From the NCBI GenBank assembly GCA_964404055.1, contig CAYOIS010000002.1, positions 1 to 28,396 of the forward strand: a stretch of 28,396 nucleotides of DNA, in the 5' to 3' direction. The position numbers and the translations under genes were made by a program. The notes under the pieces are model-generated. The model did not search any database. It worked only from the letters and a program-made list of their open reading frames with translations, and was not told where the DNA came from. The stretch comes from an uncultured Anaerolineae bacterium. GTDB taxonomy: Bacteria; Chloroflexota; Anaerolineae; SpSt-600. Numbering within the stretch: position 1 is the first letter of the stretch; every line of letters begins with the position of its first letter. This document shows positions 18,361 to 26,453 of this stretch, piece after piece.

Positions 18361-18629
18361 AGAATCCGAGCATGAAAGGGGGTAAGGGCACTTTTGGAGA
18401 TGCTCGGAATTTTGGCCAAGTGTGCCCCTACAATTAGTGGTGCAAAGGTTCTAAATCGGCACCGGTAGTGTATAATGGAGGCAAAAATCCGAGCATCCCC
18501 CCACTTTTTAAGGCCTGTGGAGATGCTCGGAAGTGAAAAAGATGGTAGTTTTTGACCAATTTTTGGTTACAAAGATGATGTTTGATGGCCTCTTGGGTGA
18601 AAAATTGAGCACCTTAACAATCTTGAGGA
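18361..18629 (+). promoter_or_regulatory. CRISPR leader-like sequence, copy B (most complete)
   Basis: Inverted-repeat units at 18365-18408 and 18488-18531; TATAAT at 18471-18476; starts ~20 nt after the cas6 stop and ends at a repeat. Confidence 0.78.
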
Positions 18630-18666
18630 GTAGAAATGAATAGTGCTCCCTTCGGGGGATTGAAAC
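18630..18666 (+). CRISPR. Solitary CRISPR repeat B (37 nt)
   Basis: GTAGAAATGAATAGTGCTCCCTTCGGGGGATTGAAAC; its 5' end matches repeat C1 (28063) and it carries the ATTGAAAC handle. Confidence 0.78.
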
Positions 18667-18776
18667 ATTAGACCTAACCCCCGGCCCCCTTCCCTTGCAG
18701 AGAAGGGGGGATTCTGGTGGGGCGGGTTTTCCCCTCCCCGTTTCGGGGAGTGGCCGGGGGAGGGGTTGATTGAAAC
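18667..18776. repeat. GC-rich REPIN-like palindromic element B, followed by a second GATTGAAAC
   Basis: ATTAGACCTAACCCCCGGCCCCCTTCCCT-TGC-AGAGAAGGGGG. Outer arms CCCCCGGCC and GGCCGGGGG pair perfectly. GATTGAAAC at 18768-18776. Confidence 0.7.
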
Positions 18777-18796
18777 TTTAAAGTGAGGGTGTGGGG

Positions 18797-21151
18797 ATGA
18801 TGCGAAGTCTACGGTGGTTAGCACTTCTTCTGCTTTTACTCTTGCTGGCTGTAGGCCAAGGAGCAAAAGCCCAACAACCTGCCCCAGCCGAGAATGTTTC
18901 GGTAGTTCTGGTTGTTGATAGCTCCGGAAGCATGAAGACCAATGACCCTACAGACCTCCGCTTCACGGCCGCAAAGCTCTTCATCAGCCTCTTAGATTTG
19001 AAAGATTCAGTGGGCATAGTAAACTTCGCCAGCAGGAGCCACGTCCTTGTAGATTTGGTGAGGATTGAAGCCGAGAGGGAAAAAGAGCCTTTGATGAAGA
19101 AGCTTGAAGGCATTGAAGCTAAGGGAAATACCCATATGCTCGCTGCGCTGAAAGATGCACGCACCCTCCTCTCTAAGGATACTTCCCCGAACGACAAATT
19201 CGTCGTCTTCCTCACCGATGGCGAACCGCACCCCGATAACTGGGATAAGATGAGCGATGATGAGAAACGGAATTACATAGAGGAAACCTTGAAAGTGGTT
19301 GGTGAGATAGACTGGCCTGTCCTCTCCATCGCCTTTACGAAAGAGGCCTATGTCCCGTTCCTTGAAGATGTGAGCAGAATAAGCAAGGGAAAGCTTTTCT
19401 ATGCCGCTACCCCAAGAGAGCTTCCGGAGGTCTATGAGGAGGTCTTCGGCCACCTCAAGGACAGGACAATATTCGGCCCCGGATTCGTGGACGCTCCGAC
19501 CTCGGTCAAGTTTACGATTGACCCCTTTGTCAAGAAAGTAAGCTTCGTAATCGTCAAGCCGGAATCGGTAACAGTGAAAATCCTCACCCCTGGTGAAAGA
19601 ACTCTTGACCTTAGCGACCCGAAGGTGGTTCGCTTCTTAACCCCTCGCTTTGAGACCGTGACAATTGAGGATCCGGCCCCTGGGACTTGGACAGTGGAGC
19701 TGAGTGGCTCTGGGGAGGCGCATGTTAAGGCCATCGTCAAATCCAAGCTCCGCATCCTAAGCCCCTCACCTCTATCCCCTCACCCAAAGGGCAAACCAAT
19801 GCTCGTGGCGGCCAGCCTGAACGAGCTTCAACCAGATGGTTCATACAAACGTTTAGTCGGAGATCGCATCTTCTTGGCTGAGCTGACCACCCCCAAAGGT
19901 GAACGGCTATCCCTTACCCTCTACGATGACGGGACCCATGGAGACAAAATGATGGGGGATGGCATCTTTTCCACACTTTATAACCCTGAGCTTGAAGGCC
20001 CCTTCAACATCCTCTTCCAAACCTGGGAAGGACCCATCCCTGTCCGCTCGGAGAGGACAATATGGGTTTTGCCATTCCCCGAATTAATCGTTGATTCTCC
20101 GAAGGGGGAGGAATACGAACTTAAGGAGCCCTCCTTAGCCATCAAGGCCCATTTGGAATTAGAGGGGAAACCTTTCACATTGGAGGGGGCCAAGGTCATA
20201 GCAAAGGTGCGAAGGCCCGATGGAAGCGTGGAGACATTGGCCTTGCTCGAGAGGCATGGCTTTTACGAGGCCGCTTTCATCCCTACCGAAGGGAAGCATG
20301 AAGTCACTTTTACCCTGGAAGGGATTTATAAGAAGACCCCCTTCACCGATTCCAAGGGTGTATCCTTCGGAGTTAAGTTCTTTATCCCTACCATCTTCAT
20401 TCGCCCCGGCGAGGTGAACCTGGGGCGTATTGATGGCCTCAAGGAGGGGAAGGTAATAACCTTCACCGTGGAATCCTCCTCTCCCCATGAGGAGCTCCTG
20501 ACGGCAAGTGTGCCCGAGTTTGAGAATTTAAGGGTCTCTTTAGAGCCGAACCGAATCCCACCGAGTGGGAAGGTGCAAGTTAAGCTCACCATCTCGGCGG
20601 TGCCCCCCTTTAAGCTCAGCCTTTTCAAAGCGATGGACTGTAAGGGAAGCATCGTCTTCTCCTCACGGGCGGGGGTGGTTATCTCACCTGCCGAGGTCCA
20701 CCTCAGGTTTCACATACCTTCCCTTTGGGAGATTTATCGGAAATGGGTATTCTTAGCAGTTTTGCTCCTCTTGAGCGTCATCTTTGGGGGAAGAAAAGTG
20801 AAACAAATTATGAAGGGGCCCCTTCTCACTGGCACCCTCCTCTACTGGACGGAAGCCACTAAGGGTTCGCCAACCATGGTAAGTTTAGATGAGCTTGAGA
20901 AAAAGGCGATAACCATTGGCCAGGACCCTAAATGTGATATATGCTTGCCTGATCCGAAGCTCAACCCTAAACATGCCCAACTGAGGGCAAGGAAAGAGGA
21001 GGGGGAGGTTGTGGTAGAGCTAAACCCCTTGGAGGATTCCGAAATATACATTGGCTTTCGCCGCTTGACCACCTCCATAACGCTGCGCCATAAGGACGAA
21101 TTTCGGATGGGTGATTACACCTTTAAGTATCTGAAAGAAGAAGCCTTTTAA
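18797..21151 (+). CDS. Single-pass surface protein: signal peptide, vWA, beta-sandwich repeats, TM helix, FHA-like domain
   Basis: Signal peptide ending AKA; MIDAS DSSGSM...T...FLTDGEP; LYDDGTHGD...GDG motif; TM WVFLAVLLLLSVIFGG; C-terminal ITIGQDPKCDICL...KHAQL. Alternative starts at 18791 and 18800. Confidence 0.82.
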   Translation: MMRSLRWLALLLLLLLLAVGQGAKAQQPAPAENVSVVLVVDSSGSMKTNDPTDLRFTAAKLFISLLDLKDSVGIVNFASRSHVLVDLVRIEAEREKEPLMKKLEGIEAKGNTHMLAALKDARTLLSKDTSPNDKFVVFLTDGEPHPDNWDKMSDDEKRNYIEETLKVVGEIDWPVLSIAFTKEAYVPFLEDVSRISKGKLFYAATPRELPEVYEEVFGHLKDRTIFGPGFVDAPTSVKFTIDPFVKKVSFVIVKPESVTVKILTPGERTLDLSDPKVVRFLTPRFETVTIEDPAPGTWTVELSGSGEAHVKAIVKSKLRILSPSPLSPHPKGKPMLVAASLNELQPDGSYKRLVGDRIFLAELTTPKGERLSLTLYDDGTHGDKMMGDGIFSTLYNPELEGPFNILFQTWEGPIPVRSERTIWVLPFPELIVDSPKGEEYELKEPSLAIKAHLELEGKPFTLEGAKVIAKVRRPDGSVETLALLERHGFYEAAFIPTEGKHEVTFTLEGIYKKTPFTDSKGVSFGVKFFIPTIFIRPGEVNLGRIDGLKEGKVITFTVESSSPHEELLTASVPEFENLRVSLEPNRIPPSGKVQVKLTISAVPPFKLSLFKAMDCKGSIVFSSRAGVVISPAEVHLRFHIPSLWEIYRKWVFLAVLLLLSVIFGGRKVKQIMKGPLLTGTLLYWTEATKGSPTMVSLDELEKKAITIGQDPKCDICLPDPKLNPKHAQLRARKEEGEVVVELNPLEDSEIYIGFRRLTTSITLRHKDEFRMGDYTFKYLKEEAF

Positions 21152-21173
21152 CGCTTGCTAAAGGAGGTGGAAA

Positions 21174-24029
21174 ATGGAAAGGGTGCAAGAATTTTACTTC
21201 TCCCCTACCCTCATCATTGGCCTTGGGGGGACGGGGCAAAAAGTGGTTAGGAGGGTAAAGGGAAGGCTGAGGGAGGCCTTCGGTGATGTCCCAATCATAC
21301 GCTACCTGGTTATAGACACGGACAGCACGGCCAATCAGCCAGGTGAGGAGCCTTTAGAGGACTACGAGCGAGTGGAAATGAGAGGATTTGACCTCAACCA
21401 GGTCGTGGAAAATCTGTCGAGGTTTCCTTCCATTCAGAAGTGGTGGCCTGCCCCTGGACTTAAGCCAGGCTTCATCCGTGGCGGCGCTCCCCAGCAGATG
21501 CGATGTGCAGGTAGGTTGGCCCTCTTCAGCAAATATTCTGACTTCATCCCAAAGCTTAGGGAAGCTGCTAGCGCATTGGCGGAGATTGAGAACTATACAA
21601 AGACCGAAGAAATGAGCACCCCTGAAAAAAGATACATCGTTGAAAGGGGAGAAGAAGGGGTGCCCATCATGGCGAAGGTCTTTATCATACTATCCCTCTG
21701 TGGGGGGACGGGGAGCGGCATCTTACTTGATGTCGCCTATCTCTGCCGTTACCTCCTTCAGGATCTCCACCCAAGGATTAACGTCATGGCCGTTTTGCCT
21801 ACCGCGCTGGATACGATACCCACAATAAGAAGAACTACTATCATCAGGGATAAGAACAGGGCCAACACCTATGCTTGCCTTAAAGAGATAGACCATTTCC
21901 TTTCCAACCCTCGCTGGGTCTGCTTATACCCTGATGGGGCAAGCGTTGAGGTTAGTGCTCCTCCCTTTGACTTCATGTACATGGTGGATTTGCATAACCA
22001 AAAGGGGGAAAGGCTGAACTCCATAGATGACATCTGTGAGATGATCGCCAGCGCCATCTTTCTTAGCACTGGGTTGCCCACAGCGAGGGAAATAGAGAGG
22101 CAGGATACTATCTCTCATATCACTCTTGCTCAAGTTCAGGGTAAGTTTAGAGCTTACAGTTCTGTGGCAATCACTTCCCTCATCTTTCCAAAAGAGAGAA
22201 TCTTGGACTATTGTTCAGCAAAGATGGCTGAGGCCTTGATCAGGGAGGGTTTCTTGCAAGGGAGCGAAAGCAGCAGCGTTAAGATAAAGAAGAGCGATGT
22301 TGAACAAGCCGTCTCCGCCTTCCTCGGCGAGGCACACCTTAGAGCCGAGGATGTCATGTCCGAGTTGCGAAGCGGTAGGCAGGTGTTCATCACCAAGAAA
22401 TCCGAGATTCTCAGGAGCCAGGACGCAGCAAACGCCCTCCGGCTGCTCACGGAGCAGGAGGAAGACAATAGGAACCAAAGGCAAGAACAGGCAAACTTGA
22501 TCAAGGAGAAGGCTGCATCGCTCCTTGAAGAAGCAAAGGAGGCCTTAGAACGCAGGGTGCTGGACGAGGTAAAGGAGAGGGGCTTACACTTTGCTGCTCT
22601 TTTCTTGGAAACGCTGACTCGTGAGCCTCAGCCTGGGGAAGTTGGCGTAACCACCACATCGCTATTAGGCTTGCGGCGTAGAATAGAGTCGGAAGGAGTC
22701 CCAGAGGAGGCCCTGAAAAAAGCTGAGGGGAGCTACACCAAGGCGAAAAGCCAGCTCAAAGCATTTGAAGGGAATACTTTCTGGAAGGTGATAAGGTTTA
22801 TCTCAAAGTCCTGGTGGCAGCGAAAATTGAAGGGGCACATCTCAAATTGCCTCACGAACATGGAGGAGGCTAACGGGAGGGCCATTGACATTGAGGCCCA
22901 GAGGAGGGCATTGGATCTCTACAACGCCCTGGTAATGGAGGCGAAGCGCCTTCTATCAAGCCTGGCACAGGTCCGCCAGAAGCTGGTGATTGCTGCAGAA
23001 AAACTCTCAGCCGAGGCTGAAGATAAGCTAAAGCCTCCCTCGGCCATGGAAGGGGTATACGAGCTGGCCACAGAGGTAGTTGATGCCGATTACATCATGC
23101 GATACTATGAAGAGAAAGCAATCTCCATTGACTTACCCACCGCCTTCAGGGGATTTGCCCAGAGCCTCCCGGATACGAGGGTGGCACAGTTGGAGATGAG
23201 GAGTGAGAAAGATTATATCAACCGGCTAAAGGAATATGCTGCTGGCTACTTCCGGGAAGGCCTGGAAAGGATACGCTTGCTCGACCTCTTAAGCGAAAGA
23301 GCACCTGAAGAAATAGAAAGGCAATTCCAGAAGCTCATTAGTCACTGCGAGCCATTCTGTCGGTATAATAAGGCTGGCCTTGGCGAAGAGCCAGAACCTA
23401 TTTTTGTGTCCATCATCGGCGTTGAGGATAAGGGTGACCTTAGGATTCCGGAGCGCTACCGCAACGAGGCCATATCCACCGGCCTCAGGCACCGCATTGA
23501 TGCCCTTAGGGCTTTTCATGGCATCCCCGCTTTCCTAATAAGTGATATGAGAGAATACAAGGGCTGTTACGAGAGGGAGAAAAGGAGAGGCGTAGACCCA
23601 TTGCACATTGGCCAAGGATGGGATAGGTTTGAAGACATTTTCCCAGAGCTTAAGAGGGAGGCCAGGGACATCTTCGCCCTCGCTTTGGCCTTTGACTTCA
23701 TCGTTCAGATAGGGGAGTGGTACTACTTTGACCCCGACCGGAAGTACAAGGAAAAGGGAATACGATTACCCGTAGAGAATAGGCTCGCTCAAGGGAGGGA
23801 GAAAGCAGAGGAAGCTTTCATTGAAAGGGACGATATAGTGAGTAAGGCAATGGAGCTTATTGAAGAGGAAATCACCAGGAAAGGAAATGAGGCCATCATA
23901 AGCTTCTTGGAGCAAAAGATAGAGGAAAACGAAGGAAAAATCAGGGAACGTCCCACCAGCGACTTGCGGGAGTTTTGGGAAAGGGATATTGAAGCCTTCA
24001 AGCGCAAACTAAAAGCTTTGCAAGGGTAA
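21174..24029 (+). CDS. Tubulin/FtsZ-like GTPase (FtsZl1/Tubulin_2 type) with long helical C-terminus
   Basis: LIIGLGGTG, YLVIDTD, AGRLAL, signature SLCGGTGSG, ANTYACLKEID; ~600 aa helical/coiled-coil tail; AAGGAGG RBS. Confidence 0.85.
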   Translation: MERVQEFYFSPTLIIGLGGTGQKVVRRVKGRLREAFGDVPIIRYLVIDTDSTANQPGEEPLEDYERVEMRGFDLNQVVENLSRFPSIQKWWPAPGLKPGFIRGGAPQQMRCAGRLALFSKYSDFIPKLREAASALAEIENYTKTEEMSTPEKRYIVERGEEGVPIMAKVFIILSLCGGTGSGILLDVAYLCRYLLQDLHPRINVMAVLPTALDTIPTIRRTTIIRDKNRANTYACLKEIDHFLSNPRWVCLYPDGASVEVSAPPFDFMYMVDLHNQKGERLNSIDDICEMIASAIFLSTGLPTAREIERQDTISHITLAQVQGKFRAYSSVAITSLIFPKERILDYCSAKMAEALIREGFLQGSESSSVKIKKSDVEQAVSAFLGEAHLRAEDVMSELRSGRQVFITKKSEILRSQDAANALRLLTEQEEDNRNQRQEQANLIKEKAASLLEEAKEALERRVLDEVKERGLHFAALFLETLTREPQPGEVGVTTTSLLGLRRRIESEGVPEEALKKAEGSYTKAKSQLKAFEGNTFWKVIRFISKSWWQRKLKGHISNCLTNMEEANGRAIDIEAQRRALDLYNALVMEAKRLLSSLAQVRQKLVIAAEKLSAEAEDKLKPPSAMEGVYELATEVVDADYIMRYYEEKAISIDLPTAFRGFAQSLPDTRVAQLEMRSEKDYINRLKEYAAGYFREGLERIRLLDLLSERAPEEIERQFQKLISHCEPFCRYNKAGLGEEPEPIFVSIIGVEDKGDLRIPERYRNEAISTGLRHRIDALRAFHGIPAFLISDMREYKGCYEREKRRGVDPLHIGQGWDRFEDIFPELKREARDIFALALAFDFIVQIGEWYYFDPDRKYKEKGIRLPVENRLAQGREKAEEAFIERDDIVSKAMELIEEEITRKGNEAIISFLEQKIEENEGKIRERPTSDLREFWERDIEAFKRKLKALQG

Positions 24030-24038
24030 AGGGTTTTT

Positions 24039-26453
24039 ATGGAAGAGAGATTAGGCATTACAGTATTCCCTTCGGTGGTCATAGGCCTGGGGGAATTTGG
24101 GCTGAGAATAATTGAGAGAGTCCGCTCCGAGATTATAGAGGTTGAGCCAAAGCTGGAGCTCATCACCAGTTTTGTGGCCGTGCGAGGGGCAGGCGAAGGG
24201 AGAATAGAGGCCTTCTCCCTCACCGACTCGCCGATTGAGGGTGAATGCGTAGACATGCCGCGACGTGAGGCCTTCCAAACATTTCAAATCGCCCTGCCCG
24301 AGGTGCAAGTGCAGTTACATGAAGCCATCAGGAAAGTGAGGCTCCATCGGAGTCTGGTTGCCGTCGGAAAGCGGCCGGAGGAGATAGGCATCTATGTTTA
24401 CATTGTGGCCGACCTGAAGGAAGGCATCTCAAGCGGCATCATCCTTCCCCTGTCCTATCAAGTTCGTGGCCTCCTTGCAGATCAACCTTACCATTCCATT
24501 GTTGGCCTCTTCTCAATTGCTAATTTCTCGCCACCCTTGGAGCAACAAAGGGAGAGGGCAATGCTATATGCTGCCCTTAAGGAATTGGATTACTTCATAC
24601 GGATGCCCTACGACAAGCCCAGCGTGAATGAGATTATGGGTTTTCCCGTGAAAGGTCCTCCCCTTAACCACTGCTACCTGTTTGATGTAACCAAGGAAGA
24701 TGGTTCCTTGGTTGAGGGGCCCGAAGAGTTACGTAGCGCCATGAGTTGTTTCTTGCTTTCTCTACTCATTTCCTCCTTTGAGGAAGAGATGGGGAAGAGG
24801 CTCCATCGCCTCGGTTTGGCAGAGAGAGGCGGATTCTATTCCGGCGGAGGGGTTGCTGTTTTATACTACCCTGTGGATAGGGTAACAACTTGGTGCGCGG
24901 CTAAACTGGGAGCAAATTTCATAGAAGAGCAACTTCTCAGGCCGTCACGCCTCAACCTCAGTGCCTTGAGCGAGGAGGGCGAGCAGGCAGGAGAGGAGGC
25001 CTTAAGCCTTAAAAAGTGGATGGGGAAGCTAATAGACGGGATACCAGCCAGAATGACTGGCAAAGGACTTCACATTGAGCTGGAGGTGGATAGGCCGAAT
25101 TTTGACGAGATAGCCAAGGAGGACTGGGCTGATAGAATTGCCAGCTTTGATTCCCTCTTCGGAACACATCGCTTCCCTCTCTATCAGCGCAAGCTGGAGG
25201 AGAATGCTTCCCGGCTCCATGAGCGGGTTATATCTCGGCTTTCCAAAGCCCTTGATTCTGCCCTAACGGAGGCTCGGCTTTACCCATCCGGCATCCCAGG
25301 GGCTCGGAAAATCCTGGAAAAGTTTGAGGAGACCTTGGCGAAGCGGAAGCAAGAATTGGAGCAATATAGGGCTGAATTCCCATTAGACCCTGAAGGAGAC
25401 CTGCGCACCTTGGAGGAAGCTGCCCTGAACTTCCCACCTTTCCCTGCCCTCTTGGCTCGGCTTCTACTCCTATGTATCCTGGAGGTTTACCTTGGCCTTT
25501 CCTTTTTCCAGTTGCTTGATTTCCTCTCCCTGTTTTCTCTCCTCTCCCTCTTTGCCCTTTGCCTCCTCACCGTGGTAAGTGGCCTTTGTTGGTTCAAGCG
25601 AAAGGACGACCTACTCATCCAGAAGCGGGAGAGGTGCATGGAGAACGTGGGACGCAAGTACAGCGCCATGTTGGAAACCCAGGCCCTTGCCAAAATCAGG
25701 GAGACTATACAGAAAGTTGAGGAATGGATTGGGGAGATGAGGGCAAAGTTGGATGAGCTTTGGAATGAGCTGGAAGAGGCGCAAAACAAGCTGTACCAGG
25801 CGATGGAAGCAAGCCTTGTAGCAGCGGAGCCTTTCGTGCGCTTGGCGGTGAGCGAGGAAGTCCTTAGAGACTTTTACCTCCGCTTTGTCCCTTCAAAGGA
25901 GGCTTTGCTTTCTTCTTTACTGGAGGAAGAAGGGTTACTCAATAATTGGAAGGACCTCAAAGAGGGGATAATTAGGGAAAAGCTCCTTTCTTTTGGAAAG
26001 AAAGCCTTCAGAGGACCGCTGCGGGGGGTCTCGCTTGAGCAAATCTTGCGGGAGCGGATACCCCCTTCCCCGGAGGAGAGGCTGAGACCTCTTTTAGATT
26101 TGGCAGTGCCGCTTTTGAAGTTCAACCTTGAAGGTCTCGGTGAGGGGCTCTCCGCTTGGCCAGGAGATTTCATCGCCTTAGAGAACTTTTCCTCCTCAGT
26201 GCTGAGCTCCTTCATCTCCAAGGAATTAAGAGAAATGGAGCATTTCTCTACTGGTGACCCCTATCACGTCTTCCTTTGCAGGACGAGGCACCTTCTGCCT
26301 TTGATTTCCATCGGGACGGTAGCGAGACTGCTGAGGGAGCTTTATCAAAAGGTGGATAAAGAGGAGAGGAAGGCCCTACATTTACTTGACGAATGGGCTG
26401 ACCTTCCGGAACCATCGGTTAGCGGTCAGAGAGTAGGGGGAAGAGAATGCTGA
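24039..26453 (+). CDS. Degenerate tubulin-like paralogue with an internal transmembrane hairpin
   Basis: VVIGLGEFG, VYIVADLKEGISSG (aligns to SLCGGTGSG), AMLYAALKELDYF, CYLFD; hydrophobic stretch LLARLLLLCILEVYLG...LCLLTVVSGLCWF within coiled coil. Confidence 0.75.
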   Translation: MEERLGITVFPSVVIGLGEFGLRIIERVRSEIIEVEPKLELITSFVAVRGAGEGRIEAFSLTDSPIEGECVDMPRREAFQTFQIALPEVQVQLHEAIRKVRLHRSLVAVGKRPEEIGIYVYIVADLKEGISSGIILPLSYQVRGLLADQPYHSIVGLFSIANFSPPLEQQRERAMLYAALKELDYFIRMPYDKPSVNEIMGFPVKGPPLNHCYLFDVTKEDGSLVEGPEELRSAMSCFLLSLLISSFEEEMGKRLHRLGLAERGGFYSGGGVAVLYYPVDRVTTWCAAKLGANFIEEQLLRPSRLNLSALSEEGEQAGEEALSLKKWMGKLIDGIPARMTGKGLHIELEVDRPNFDEIAKEDWADRIASFDSLFGTHRFPLYQRKLEENASRLHERVISRLSKALDSALTEARLYPSGIPGARKILEKFEETLAKRKQELEQYRAEFPLDPEGDLRTLEEAALNFPPFPALLARLLLLCILEVYLGLSFFQLLDFLSLFSLLSLFALCLLTVVSGLCWFKRKDDLLIQKRERCMENVGRKYSAMLETQALAKIRETIQKVEEWIGEMRAKLDELWNELEEAQNKLYQAMEASLVAAEPFVRLAVSEEVLRDFYLRFVPSKEALLSSLLEEEGLLNNWKDLKEGIIREKLLSFGKKAFRGPLRGVSLEQILRERIPPSPEERLRPLLDLAVPLLKFNLEGLGEGLSAWPGDFIALENFSSSVLSSFISKELREMEHFSTGDPYHVFLCRTRHLLPLISIGTVARLLRELYQKVDKEERKALHLLDEWADLPEPSVSGQRVGGREC

